Notes under the pieces: generated by a model
What the model was told of the DNA's origin: nothing
What the model saw: the letters and a program-made list of their open reading frames with translations, nothing else
The model's database searches: none
Origin: Candidatus Kapaibacterium sp.
Lineage (GTDB): Bacteria > Bacteroidota > Ignavibacteria > Kapaibacteriales > HRBIN21
Direction of reading: 5' to 3'
DNA length: 64,000 nucleotides
Assembly: GCA_025059875.1 (NCBI GenBank)
Contig: JANXCT010000003.1
Coordinates: 4,176-68,175 of the forward strand
Shown: one piece after another, positions 1-9,281 of the stretch
How the letters are laid out: every line of letters starts with the position of its first letter
Numbering within the stretch: position 1 is the stretch's first letter
Program-made: the position numbers and the translations under genes

Positions 1-794
1 GGTTGCTGATTCAGCGCCAGCAAGGTATCCCCGGCCGTAAGCCCAGCACGTCCCGCGGGCTTAAGGGCGTCTGTAGCCAAGACGACAACACGGCTTGGGT
101 CTGGAAAGAGCTCTAGCTCGCGCTCTCTGACCAGCAGCGAGAGGAGCGTGGACTTTGGGATGCTGAGCCGATGGCGCTCCCCACCAGCAGGGCGCTCCAA
201 TTCAATGACCCGCTCCTCGCCCCGGAAATCCGTGGACACGAGTCGCTCCAACACCTCGTTCCAGGAGCTCACCTCCATCCCGTCAATGGCAAGAATACGG
301 TCGCCGTCCCGGAGGCCCAGCTCAGCACCGAAGGAGCCTGGCGGTACGTAGGCAATGGTTGTCGTCTTCCACTCTTGCCCTCCTCTGAGGAGCGCCAGAC
401 CCGCGAAGATGCCAATGGCCGTGAGCACATTCATGATGACGCCAGCGGAGAGCACCAGCGCCTTCTGCCAGAAGGACTTGCTCCGGAATTCCCATGGCCG
501 CGGTGAGGAATCGCCTGCTTCCGGGTCTTCCTCCACCATACCGGCAATCCGGACGTAGCCACCGATGGGCAAGAGGGAGAAGCGGTAGTCCGTTGCGCCT
601 CGGCCAAGCCACCCTGGAGGGAGCGGCCCAAAGCGCCACCCGAGACCACGCATGTATCCAAACAACCGAGGACCCATGCCAATCGAGAACACATCCACAC
701 GGATCCCCACCGCACGAGCCGCTAGGAAGTGCCCCAGCTCGTGCACCGTCACGATGATGGCAATAGTGGCCAGGAAGTAGATGAGCTCTTGCAC
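1..794 (-). CDS. rseP: RseP-type site-2 zinc metalloprotease (M50), N-terminal part; the gene continues past the window edge
   Basis: The minus-strand translation from a GTG at 794-792 reads 'VQELIYFLATIAIIVTVHELGHFLAARAVGIRVDVFS...' with an HExxH motif, followed by a PDZ-like segment. This is the conserved dxr-rseP gene order, and the frame stays open to the window edge. The ORF track omits it because it is incomplete. Confidence 0.8.
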   Translation of the reverse strand, partial: MQELIYFLATIAIIVTVHELGHFLAARAVGIRVDVFSIGMGPRLFGYMRGLGWRFGPLPPGWLGRGATDYRFSLLPIGGYVRIAGMVEEDPEAGDSSPRPWEFRSKSFWQKALVLSAGVIMNVLTAIGIFAGLALLRGGQEWKTTTIAYVPPGSFGAELGLRDGDRILAIDGMEVSSWNEVLERLVSTDFRGEERVIELERPAGGERHRLSIPKSTLLSLLVRERELELFPDPSRVVVLATDALKPAGRAGLTAGDTLLALNQQ

Positions 795-809
795 GGGGCT
801 GTTCCTACG

Positions 810-1979
810 CTATGGAACTGACGTCGGTGTTCCATCGGCAATGAGTGCATGGACGAAGAGCCGCGCCTGACGGTCTATCTCCAGCACCTGCTCCAGTGTC
901 GGGTGCGGCAGGACGTCGAAGTACCCTAGAGCTTCTTCAACCAGTCGAGGAATGTCCACAAAGCGGATTGCTCCCCGAAGGAAGGCCGCCACGGCGACCT
1001 CGTTGGCAGCATTGAGGACAGCCGGTGCAGAACCACCATGCCGCAACGCCTCCAAAGCCAGCCCCAGGCAAGGGAAACGTTCGGTGTCGGGTTCCTCAAA
1101 CTCCAAGCGTCCGAGGGCTGCAAGGTCCAGTCGTGGCAGGGCCAACGGATGCCGCTGCGGGTAGCTGAGGGCATAGGCAATCGGGATACGCATGTCCGGG
1201 AGCGAAAGCTGCGCTTTGACCGAGCCATCTCGGAAGTACACCAATGCATGGATGATGCTCTGCGGATGGATGAGGACGCGGATGCGCTCCAGCGGCATCC
1301 TAAAGAGCCAATGGGCCTCGATGACCTCCAGCCCTTTGTTCATGAGCGTTGCCGAATCCACCGTGATCTTGGCACCCATCTGCCAGTTCGGGTGACGCAG
1401 CGCCTCCTCAACTGTGACTTCCGCCAAGCGCTCCTTCGGCAGCGTGCGGAAGGGGCCGCCAGAGGCCGTCAGCACAAGCTCCTCCACACTCCCGTCTGGC
1501 TCGCCTTGGAGGCACTGTAGGATGGCGCTGTGTTCACTATCGATCGGGAGCAAGGGGACGCGGTGCTCTTCGACTGCGCGCATCACCAGGTGGCCAGCGC
1601 TGACGAGCACCTCTTTGTTGGCCAAGGCAACGGGAATCCCAGCCTGGAGCGCTGCCAGAGTTGGAAGGATGCCGCCAGCTCCGACTAAGCTCACGACAAC
1701 CAAACCATTGCTGCTCTCTGCCGCAGCCTCCTGTAGCCCCTCAAAGCCGCAGAGGACTGGCCCCGGGAACGGAACCTGGCGGCGGAACTCCTTCCAGGCT
1801 TGCTCATCCACAATCACCACGCCTGCAGGCTGGAAAGTACGGACCTGTTCGGCCAGAAGCTCTACGTTGGAGTGGGTTGCGAGGTAGCCAATGCGAAATG
1901 GCTCAGGCCACTGACGGAGCACTTCCAGGGTCTGCCGCCCGATGGAGCCGGTGGAGCCCAAGATGGTAATGGTGCGCAT
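810..1979 (-). CDS. dxr: 1-deoxy-D-xylulose 5-phosphate reductoisomerase
   Basis: 389 aa. N-terminal 'ITILGSTGSIGRQTLEV' NADPH-binding motif and full-length DXR similarity. Confidence 0.95.
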   Translation of the reverse strand: MRTITILGSTGSIGRQTLEVLRQWPEPFRIGYLATHSNVELLAEQVRTFQPAGVVIVDEQAWKEFRRQVPFPGPVLCGFEGLQEAAAESSNGLVVVSLVGAGGILPTLAALQAGIPVALANKEVLVSAGHLVMRAVEEHRVPLLPIDSEHSAILQCLQGEPDGSVEELVLTASGGPFRTLPKERLAEVTVEEALRHPNWQMGAKITVDSATLMNKGLEVIEAHWLFRMPLERIRVLIHPQSIIHALVYFRDGSVKAQLSLPDMRIPIAYALSYPQRHPLALPRLDLAALGRLEFEEPDTERFPCLGLALEALRHGGSAPAVLNAANEVAVAAFLRGAIRFVDIPRLVEEALGYFDVLPHPTLEQVLEIDRQARLFVHALIADGTPTSVP

Positions 1980-3583
1980 CAGGAGCGGTACTCGTCGGTG
2001 ACATCACGCTGCCGGCGCAGTGAGAAGCATCGGAACTGGTCCATCGGCAAACGTGGCTCGGGCTGGACGCGCAGCCAGACGCGATAGCGCAGCATGAGCC
2101 GCAGACGCCGGGAGAAGATTCCCTGCGTGAGCTGACGTGCTACCGTCGGGTGGACCCGGACGAGTACCCGCCATTCCCGGGTGTGTGTCCGGAAGTTCCG
2201 TAGCCATCGCTCTAGGGAGTTGAGCACAACGACGCTGCCGTAGAGGCGTCCACTCCCTTGGCATGTCGGACAAGGCTCGGTGAGCTTCTCCAGGATGTTT
2301 CGCCCAACGCGCTGCCGGGTGAATGGCAGCATCCCTAGGTGGGTCATCGGGTAGACGACCGTCTTAGCGCGGTCACGCGCCAGCTCGCGTTTGAGCTCTT
2401 CATAGACCTGCTGCCGATGCCTCTCCTGCTGGAGGTCAATGAAGTCTACGAGCACAATTCCGCCAATATCCCGCAGCCGCACCTGGCGAGCAATTTCCCG
2501 CGCTGCCTCGAGGTTCGTACGTAGAGCATTGATCTCCTGACTCGGATCGCTGAGACTACGTCCAGCGTTGACGTCAATGACGGTCATTGCCTCTGTGTGA
2601 TCGATTACCAACGAGCCGCCACTAGGCAGCGGGACCCGGCGCTGGTAGAGGCGAGCCACCTCCGACTCGATCTCGAAGCGGTCGAATAGTGATTCCTTGT
2701 CCGTGTAAAGCTCCAGTCGAGGCAGGAATCCTGGAGCAACTCGCTTGAGGTACTGTCGGAGGGCGTTGTAAATGGGCCGGGAATCCACCAGGATGCGCTC
2801 TACCTCTGGGGAGAGGAACTCCCGCATCGCTTCAATGTAGATGGGGTCCTCGGGGCGAAGGAGCTGTGGTGCCCTCCGAGTGCGTGCCTGCCGTTCAATG
2901 CGCTGCCATTCCGCCAGCAGCCACTTGAGCTCCTGCTGCAGGACTTCAGGGCTCTGTCCCTGGGCTGCCGTCCGGACGATGCAGCCGTAGTCCTCTGGCA
3001 GCACTGAGCGTACAACCCGCCGGAGGCGACGGCGCTCCTCTTCGTCGGTAATCTTCTGCGAGACTCCAACCCCAGAGCCCAAAGGTGACAGCACCACGTA
3101 GTGCCCTGGGATGGTGACGTGAGTCGTCACACGGACCCCCTTCTCCGCGTAGGCATCACGCATCACCTGCACAAGCACTTTCTGCCCTGCCTCCAGAGGG
3201 ATGACCACTTTGCCAGCCCGTCGAGTCTGGAAGACAGGGTAGCTCGGTGGACTGCCGTTTTCTCGTCCGGAGCGGATCCTCTGCCGTGCTGCAGGTGTAC
3301 TAGAGGCCGACTCCTCCTGTCCTTCCTCCTGAATGGCTGCCGTCAGTTCTGCTACTGACTCCGCCACATCGGAAAAGTGCAGGAAAGCATCCTGCGGCAG
3401 TCCAATGTCTACGAACGCTGCGTTGATGCCTCTCACGATCCGCTTTACCCGTCCCAAGTAGATGGCTCCCACAAGCCGTTCCCGGTCCGGGACATCAATC
3501 CAGAGCTCCGTCAGCCTCCCATCCTCCAGGACCGCAACACGGATTTCGCTGAGGAGTTCTGCAATGAGGATCTGGCGCCTCAT
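1979..3583 (-). CDS. rng: Ribonuclease E/G family protein (RNase G-like)
   Basis: S1 domain 'AIYLGRVKRIVRGINAAFVDIG' and the catalytic core. Start chosen at the internal Met 'MRRQILIAELL' by alignment with the RNase G N-terminus; the track ORF extends to 3637. Confidence 0.85.
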   Translation of the reverse strand: MRRQILIAELLSEIRVAVLEDGRLTELWIDVPDRERLVGAIYLGRVKRIVRGINAAFVDIGLPQDAFLHFSDVAESVAELTAAIQEEGQEESASSTPAARQRIRSGRENGSPPSYPVFQTRRAGKVVIPLEAGQKVLVQVMRDAYAEKGVRVTTHVTIPGHYVVLSPLGSGVGVSQKITDEEERRRLRRVVRSVLPEDYGCIVRTAAQGQSPEVLQQELKWLLAEWQRIERQARTRRAPQLLRPEDPIYIEAMREFLSPEVERILVDSRPIYNALRQYLKRVAPGFLPRLELYTDKESLFDRFEIESEVARLYQRRVPLPSGGSLVIDHTEAMTVIDVNAGRSLSDPSQEINALRTNLEAAREIARQVRLRDIGGIVLVDFIDLQQERHRQQVYEELKRELARDRAKTVVYPMTHLGMLPFTRQRVGRNILEKLTEPCPTCQGSGRLYGSVVVLNSLERWLRNFRTHTREWRVLVRVHPTVARQLTQGIFSRRLRLMLRYRVWLRVQPEPRLPMDQFRCFSLRRQRDVTDEYRS

Positions 3584-3651
3584 CGTACCTTCCAACGCTC
3601 CGCCGGAAGACTTCCGCAGGAAAGACGAAGGCTGCAAGCGTTATCGTACAC

Positions 3652-4284
3652 TTACCGGAAATGCCCGTTGCTCCTCACACGACGCACGAAGAGCTCCAAC
3701 TGCTCCAGTCGGGGGAGGAGACGCTCCAGGTGTGCCCGCAGCCATTCCAACCGTTGGCGCTCGGAACGGAGCTCCAAGAGGTGCTGGCGCTGGAGGACCT
3801 CTAGCCCAAGCTGTCGGCCGATGAAGAATGAAAGGGGCTCGGCTTGGCGACTATCTGCTAGGATCAGCTCCTCTACATCTGGCGTCGTCCCACGGAGAAG
3901 CTGCAGGAACCGAGCATAGAGCTCCACACATGCTTGCCGCAGCTCGTCGGGGGCAGTATCCTCCTCGTCGAGGAGCCACTCCACCTCGGCCGTCCAGTAT
4001 GGGTGCGTGCGCTCGTCTAGGCTGAGTGTCTGGTAGCGTTGGACTCCTTCAACGGCAATGTCCATGCGCCCATCACGGTAGCGGCGGAAAACCTCTCGCA
4101 GAGCACTCACACAGCCAACTCCGTAGAAACGACCCTGCCACAGCAGATTGATCCCCATCCGTTCCCGGCCATCTAAAACCCGCTGCACCAGCAGCTTGTA
4201 CCGAGGCTCGAAGATGTGGAGCGGTATCACCTCGCCCGGTAGCAGCACAGTCGGTAGCGGGAAGACAGCAATCCGTTCAGCCAC
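3652..4284 (-). CDS. LON N-terminal (substrate-binding) domain protein
   Basis: 'VAERIAVFPLPTVLLPGEVIPLHIFEPRYKLLVQRVL' is a LON N-domain signature. Probable GTG start at 4284-4282, directly after the panC stop. Confidence 0.55.
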   Translation of the reverse strand: MAERIAVFPLPTVLLPGEVIPLHIFEPRYKLLVQRVLDGRERMGINLLWQGRFYGVGCVSALREVFRRYRDGRMDIAVEGVQRYQTLSLDERTHPYWTAEVEWLLDEEDTAPDELRQACVELYARFLQLLRGTTPDVEELILADSRQAEPLSFFIGRQLGLEVLQRQHLLELRSERQRLEWLRAHLERLLPRLEQLELFVRRVRSNGHFR

Positions 4285-5152
4285 GCTGCCCCTCCAACAG
4301 CGGTACTTGGACGAGCTCGTTGTCAATGAGGCGCGTCGTCCCAAGCCGAGCAGCGACGAGGAGGACGAGCTCCTGGCCCGGGCTGAACGTGTCCGGCTCT
4401 TCCAGCGTGTACGCCTCGGCAGCAGCAGCGTAGTCCACCTGCAGCTCGGGGACGGTGAGGAGCTCCCGCTCCATCGTCTCAACGATTGCCTGTCGTCGGC
4501 GCTCTCCGAGCAGAACGAGCTCTCGTCCGCGCTGCAGGGCACGGTAGAGTACTGTTGCCTTCTGACGCTCCTCGGCTGATAGGTAGACGTTCCGAGAGCT
4601 CATTGCCAGGCCGTCCGGCTCCCGAACCGTCGGTGCGACGACGATCTCGGTATCCACGTTGAGGTCCCGCACGAGCTGCCGAACGACTAACGTCTGCTGC
4701 CAGTCCTTCTGCCCGAAGATCGCCACGTGAGGTTTCGTCGCTAGAAAGAGCTTCAGCACGATCGTGGCTACGCCCTCGAAGTGTCCAGGCCGGAAGCGGC
4801 CTTCAAACTTGCCGCTGATGCCGCGGACGCTAACCACAGTCGTGTAGCCTCCTGGGTACATCTCCTCCACACTGGGGACGAAGAGCACGTCGCAGCCGAC
4901 CTCTTCTGCCAGCCGGCGATCGCGCTCCAGATCGCGTGGATACCGCTCGTAGTCCTCGCCTGGGCCGAATTGCGTGGGGTTGACGAAGAGGGTCGTAACG
5001 ACCACGTCGGCAAGCTGCCGAGCACGCCGCATGAGACTGAGGTGCCCCTCGTGGAAGTAGCCCATCGTTGGGACCACAGCGATACGCCGTCCAGCACGGC
5101 GTTGCTGATCGGCGTACTGCTGCATGTGGTGCACCGTTACGATGAGCTCCAT
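4277..5152 (-). CDS. panC: Pantoate--beta-alanine ligase
   Basis: 'AVVPTMGYFHEGHLSLMRRAR' HIGH-like motif and full-length PanC similarity. Confidence 0.95.
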   Translation of the reverse strand: MELIVTVHHMQQYADQQRRAGRRIAVVPTMGYFHEGHLSLMRRARQLADVVVTTLFVNPTQFGPGEDYERYPRDLERDRRLAEEVGCDVLFVPSVEEMYPGGYTTVVSVRGISGKFEGRFRPGHFEGVATIVLKLFLATKPHVAIFGQKDWQQTLVVRQLVRDLNVDTEIVVAPTVREPDGLAMSSRNVYLSAEERQKATVLYRALQRGRELVLLGERRRQAIVETMERELLTVPELQVDYAAAAEAYTLEEPDTFSPGQELVLLVAARLGTTRLIDNELVQVPLLEGQRG

Positions 5153-7056
5153 TCCTCCGCTTGGGCAATGAAGCGCTCAATGACGGCCAACCCTTGGCGC
5201 CAGAAGGCCGGCTGTGTGACATCAATCCCGAACTGCTGGAGCAGAACCTCAGGAGCTTCCGAACCACCAGCAGCTAACAGCTCGCAGTAGCGCGGTAAGA
5301 ACGCCTCTCCCTTGCGCTGGTACTGCTCGTAGAGCGACAGGACTAGTAGCTCGCCGAAGGCATAGGCGTAGACGTAGCCGGGTGTATGGAGGAAATGCGG
5401 AATGTAGCTCCACCAGAGAGCGTAGTTCTGCGTCAGCTCCACGCTGCCTCGGAACATGGCCTGCTGTGTCTCCATCCAGTAGGCAGAGAACTCCTCGGTC
5501 GTCAGCTCCCCTTTCGTCGCACGCTGGCGGTGGATGGCATCCTCAAAGCGGTTCATCGCCACCTGCCGGAAGACCGTCGCCAGGAGGTCATCCAGCTTGC
5601 CCAGGAGCAGCGCCAATCGAGCCCGGCGGTCATCGGTCTGGCGCAGCAACCGCTGGAAGACGAGCATCTCTCCGAATGTTGAGGCCATCTCCGCCAGCGT
5701 CAGCGGCGCATGCGTCTGCAAGACGCTGTGCTGCCGCGAGAGGTACTGATGGATCCCATGCCCGAGCTCATGGGCAAGGGTCAGCACATCCCGAGTCGTA
5801 CCTGTGAAGTTGAGGAAGACATACGGGTGCACCGATGGCACCGTAGGAGCAGCGTAAGCCCCTCCTTGCTTGCCCGGGGTGACAGCAGCATGAATCCAGC
5901 CCTGCTCGAAGAAGCGGTCAACGATGCGGCCGAACTCTGGAGAGAAGTCCCAGTACGCCTGGCGGACAATCTGCGAGGCTTCGCGCCAGTGCCACCGATG
6001 TAATCCCACCGGCAGCGGTGCATAACGGTCCCACTCATAGAGCCGATCCAGCTGGAGGAGCCGACGCTTCAGCGTGTAATAGCGCTCCACCAGCTCGTAG
6101 CCCTCAACAACGGTGCGGATGAGTACCTCAACAGTAGAGTCGCTGACCTCATTCTCCAGGTTCCGCGGAGCTAACCAGTGGGGATAGCCGCGGAGTTGGA
6201 CGACCGTAGTGTGCCAGTCAGCCAGGAGCGTGTTGAAGATGAAGGTTAGGAGTCGAGCATTCGCACGCAGGCCTTCAGTGAAGGCTTCCGAAGCGCGACG
6301 CCGCAGCTCTCGGTCGGGATGGTGGAGGAGCGCCAGCAGCTCCTGCTGCTGGTATGGCTTGCCATCTAAGGTGTAGACGGCACCGCTGGTGAGCTCATCG
6401 AAGAGTCGAATCCAAGCAAAGCGGCTGGTTGTCTCCTTCAGTACCAGCACCTCCTCCGCTGCCTCCTCCAAGGTGTATGGCCGGAACTGGAGGGTATGGG
6501 CCAGCCAATGCCGCCAGCGTCGAATGCGAGGTGAGCTCAGGATACGCTGTTGGAAGTCCTCCGGAGCATGTATCCACTGCAGGGGCACGAACACCAGAGC
6601 GCGCTCTGCAATCGCGCTCTGCTCCCTAACTCGCTGCAAGAGAGCGCCAAGCTGTGGGTTCCCCGTGTCAGTCGACCACAGCAAGTACACGTAGCTATTG
6701 AGCCGAGAGCTCGTCTCCAGCAGGGCTTCATATTCGCGGAGCAGAGCCTCTACTTCCTCTTCGGTCGCTGTAGCGAATTTCCCACGCCAGCGTTGGGCAA
6801 AGGCTTCTGCCCGCTGCGGGAGTTCCTCGAGGTCAGAGCGGAACTCGCGGGAGTCAATTCCCGGATAGAGGTCTTTCAAGTCCCAAACGACGGTTTCGGC
6901 TCCAGAATCCCGGTTCTGCTCCCCCGTTATCGTCCCAGACTGGAGGCCTTCAGCTTTCAGAAGTGCTCGATAGTGCATTCTCGCACTGCTATGCTTATGG
7001 CACAATACGGTACAACATTCGCGGGAACGGAATCGTTTCCCGGATATGCTGGGCAC
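5137..7056 (-). CDS. pepF: Oligoendopeptidase F (M3 family)
   Basis: 'HELGHGIH' zinc motif and M3B peptidase architecture. The true start may be the Met at 6978, which would avoid overlap with asnS. Confidence 0.85.
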   Translation of the reverse strand: MPSISGKRFRSRECCTVLCHKHSSARMHYRALLKAEGLQSGTITGEQNRDSGAETVVWDLKDLYPGIDSREFRSDLEELPQRAEAFAQRWRGKFATATEEEVEALLREYEALLETSSRLNSYVYLLWSTDTGNPQLGALLQRVREQSAIAERALVFVPLQWIHAPEDFQQRILSSPRIRRWRHWLAHTLQFRPYTLEEAAEEVLVLKETTSRFAWIRLFDELTSGAVYTLDGKPYQQQELLALLHHPDRELRRRASEAFTEGLRANARLLTFIFNTLLADWHTTVVQLRGYPHWLAPRNLENEVSDSTVEVLIRTVVEGYELVERYYTLKRRLLQLDRLYEWDRYAPLPVGLHRWHWREASQIVRQAYWDFSPEFGRIVDRFFEQGWIHAAVTPGKQGGAYAAPTVPSVHPYVFLNFTGTTRDVLTLAHELGHGIHQYLSRQHSVLQTHAPLTLAEMASTFGEMLVFQRLLRQTDDRRARLALLLGKLDDLLATVFRQVAMNRFEDAIHRQRATKGELTTEEFSAYWMETQQAMFRGSVELTQNYALWWSYIPHFLHTPGYVYAYAFGELLVLSLYEQYQRKGEAFLPRYCELLAAGGSEAPEVLLQQFGIDVTQPAFWRQGLAVIERFIAQAEEWSSS

Positions 7057-8347
7057 CGGTGATCCACTTGACCGTGCGCTCTATCCCAAGCCCGAAGCCA
7101 CTGTGGGGTACCGAGCCGTAGCGGCGTAGGTCCAGATACCACTGGAACGCCCCCTCCGGCAAGCCATGCTCGCGGATGCGCTGGAGGAGTGCATCGTAGT
7201 CGTCCTCCCGCTGGCTGCCTCCGATGATCTCCCCTCCACCTTCAGGAGCCAACATATCCATGGCGAGGACAAGGTCAGGGTTTTCCGGATCTCGCTTCAT
7301 GTAGAAAGCCTTCACAGCCGCAGGATACCGATGGATGATGCAAGGCTTGTCGAATTCCTCCATGATAGCATCCTCTTGGGGTGCACCGAAGTCCTCGCCC
7401 CATGGAAAGTCTACGAGCTCCTCGCTCCCATCGGGCAATTTCCGGTGGAGCTTGACCCCTTTGCGGCGCACAATCTCCACGGCCTCGGTGTAGCTGATTC
7501 GATAGAATGGACGCCGCACCTTCTCTAGCATCGATAGGTTCCGCCCCAGTGTCCTCAGCTCCTGCTCGCAGTGGCGCAGCACGTACTGTACGATGTACTC
7601 AACCAAGTCTTCGGCCAGGTCCATGTCGTCCTCCAAGTCAAAGAAGGCTGCCTCTGGCTCCACCATCCAGAACTCCGTCAAATGGCGGCGAGTCTTCGAG
7701 CGCTCAGCTCGGAAGGTGGGCCCCAGAGTGTAGACCCGGCCGTGGGCCATTGCTGCAGCCTCCGCGTAGAGCTGGCCCGATTGGGAAAGGTAAGCCTTGC
7801 CCAGGTCGAAGTAGTCTAGCTCGAAGAGCGTTGTCGTCCCCTCGCAAGCATTGGCAGTCAAGATTGGAGCATCGATTCGCACGAAGCCATTCGCATCCAG
7901 GAACTCACAGATGGCTCGGATAACCGCCGCCCGAACCCGCATGATAGCATGCTGACGTGTCGAACGGAGCCACAGGTGGCGATGCTCCATGAGGAATTCC
8001 ACGCCATGCTCCTTCGGCGTGATAGGATAGCCACGCGAGAGGTGGAGAATCTGGAAATCTCGCACCTGGAGCTCATATCCTCCTATGGCCCGCTCATCTC
8101 GGCGAACGATCCCTCGGACAATGACCGAAGATTCTTGTGTCACCTCCTTCACCGCCGCAAAGACCTCCGGGATGACCTCAGGCTGGAAGACGACCAACTG
8201 GCAGAAGCCCGAGCCATCCCGAAAGCGCAGGAACTGAAGCCGCCCTTTATCCGTGCGGTCTGCAATCCACCCTCTCAAGGTAACCTCCTCTCCGACGAGC
8301 TTCGGCAAGTCGGCAATTCGCTGGTAGCTGCGGTAGCGTGAACCCAT
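6995..8347 (-). CDS. asnS: Asparagine--tRNA ligase
   Basis: Class II aaRS motifs, an N-terminal OB-fold, and 'FRAE...LTEFWM' with a C-terminal '[13 protein letters not shown]'. Confidence 0.95.
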   Translation of the reverse strand: MGSRYRSYQRIADLPKLVGEEVTLRGWIADRTDKGRLQFLRFRDGSGFCQLVVFQPEVIPEVFAAVKEVTQESSVIVRGIVRRDERAIGGYELQVRDFQILHLSRGYPITPKEHGVEFLMEHRHLWLRSTRQHAIMRVRAAVIRAICEFLDANGFVRIDAPILTANACEGTTTLFELDYFDLGKAYLSQSGQLYAEAAAMAHGRVYTLGPTFRAERSKTRRHLTEFWMVEPEAAFFDLEDDMDLAEDLVEYIVQYVLRHCEQELRTLGRNLSMLEKVRRPFYRISYTEAVEIVRRKGVKLHRKLPDGSEELVDFPWGEDFGAPQEDAIMEEFDKPCIIHRYPAAVKAFYMKRDPENPDLVLAMDMLAPEGGGEIIGGSQREDDYDALLQRIREHGLPEGAFQWYLDLRRYGSVPHSGFGLGIERTVKWITGAQHIRETIPFPRMLYRIVP

Positions 8348-8429
8348 TACTCTGGCCTGCTATAAGGCTCGCAAAATTACGCAACCCCGGAAGGGCTCTT
8401 TCCCGATGGAGCATCTACGACCTAGGGCG

Positions 8430-8437
8430 TAATTTTG
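8430..8437 (+). promoter_or_regulatory. Bacteroidetes-type -7 box (TAATTTTG) for the rpmE-rpsR operon
   Basis: Matches the TAnnTTTG consensus, 36 nt upstream of the ATG at 8473. It lies in the second arm of an inverted repeat whose first arm is the -7 box for the divergent asnS gene. Confidence 0.45.
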
Positions 8438-8472
8438 CAGTCAGCCGTAACTCTGAGACTGCGGATTTGGCC

Positions 8473-8661
8473 ATGGCGAAAGTACAGAGCTTTGCCGACA
8501 AGGTTCGGAAGGCAGAACAGCGAGGAAAGGGCCCCGTCATGGTGCAGGTCATCAAGGGGTACCGATCTGAGCGCGGAACGATTCGCTTCCTCAAGCGCTT
8601 CGTCCGCGTCAATGACCTGAGCGAAGTAGACACGTTGGACATTCAGAAGGACGGCCAATGA
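8473..8661 (+). CDS. Small conserved protein, DUF4295-like, translationally coupled to rpmE
   Basis: 62 aa, '[39 protein letters not shown]...'. It resembles small Bacteroidetes proteins found beside r-protein genes. Its TGA stop overlaps the rpmE ATG (ATGA). Confidence 0.5.
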   Translation: MAKVQSFADKVRKAEQRGKGPVMVQVIKGYRSERGTIRFLKRFVRVNDLSEVDTLDIQKDGQ

Positions 8662-8918
8662 AGAAGGGCATTCACCCTTACTACCGCCCGGTTGAGGTCG
8701 TGATGACCGATGGGACTACGTTCGTCACCCGCTCGTGCGCTAAGCGTGACCGGCTGGTCCTGGAGATTGACTCCAAGAGTCACCCCTTTTTCACTGGCAA
8801 GCAAATCCTTGTCGACACCACCGGTCGTGTTGAGCGCTTCCAGCGCCGACTCCAGAAGACGGAGCAACTCCGCCAGCAGAAACAACTCCAACGGCAGCAA
8901 GAGACCTTACAGGAGTAG
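8658..8918 (+). CDS. rpmE: 50S ribosomal protein L31 (non-zinc form, with a Q-rich C-terminal tail)
   Basis: '[14 protein letters not shown]...SHPFFTGKQ...GRVERFQRR'. The CxxC zinc ligands are absent. Confidence 0.9.
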   Translation: MKKGIHPYYRPVEVVMTDGTTFVTRSCAKRDRLVLEIDSKSHPFFTGKQILVDTTGRVERFQRRLQKTEQLRQQKQLQRQQETLQE

Positions 8919-8921
8919 ACC

Positions 8922-9158
8922 ATGGCTGTCACCGTTCGCAAACGCAAAGCTCGTCGGCGCCCCAATCCCTTAGGGCGTAGCCGTTACGTTGACTACCTGA
9001 ACATTGCTCTGCTTCAGAACTTCATCAACGAGGAAGGCAAAATCCTGCCTCGGCGTCTCACTGGAGTTACAGCGGTACAGCAACGCCGAATTGCGAAGGC
9101 GATCAAGTACGCGCGCCACCTCGCCCTCCTGCCGTTCGTTGGCTATGACCTGAAGTAG
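8922..9158 (+). CDS. rpsR: 30S ribosomal protein S18
   Basis: '[34 protein letters not shown]' is the S18 signature. Confidence 0.9.
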   Translation: MAVTVRKRKARRRPNPLGRSRYVDYLNIALLQNFINEEGKILPRRLTGVTAVQQRRIAKAIKYARHLALLPFVGYDLK

Positions 9159-9281
9159 CGCCTCTCTACAATGGCGCTATCCTCCTCAGAAGAGGACTCT
9201 TTGCGCATCGCCGAGCAGAATCCATCGTACACAGTACGGCCCTCCAGGGAAACCCTGGAGGGCCACTTCCGTTTTAGCCAC

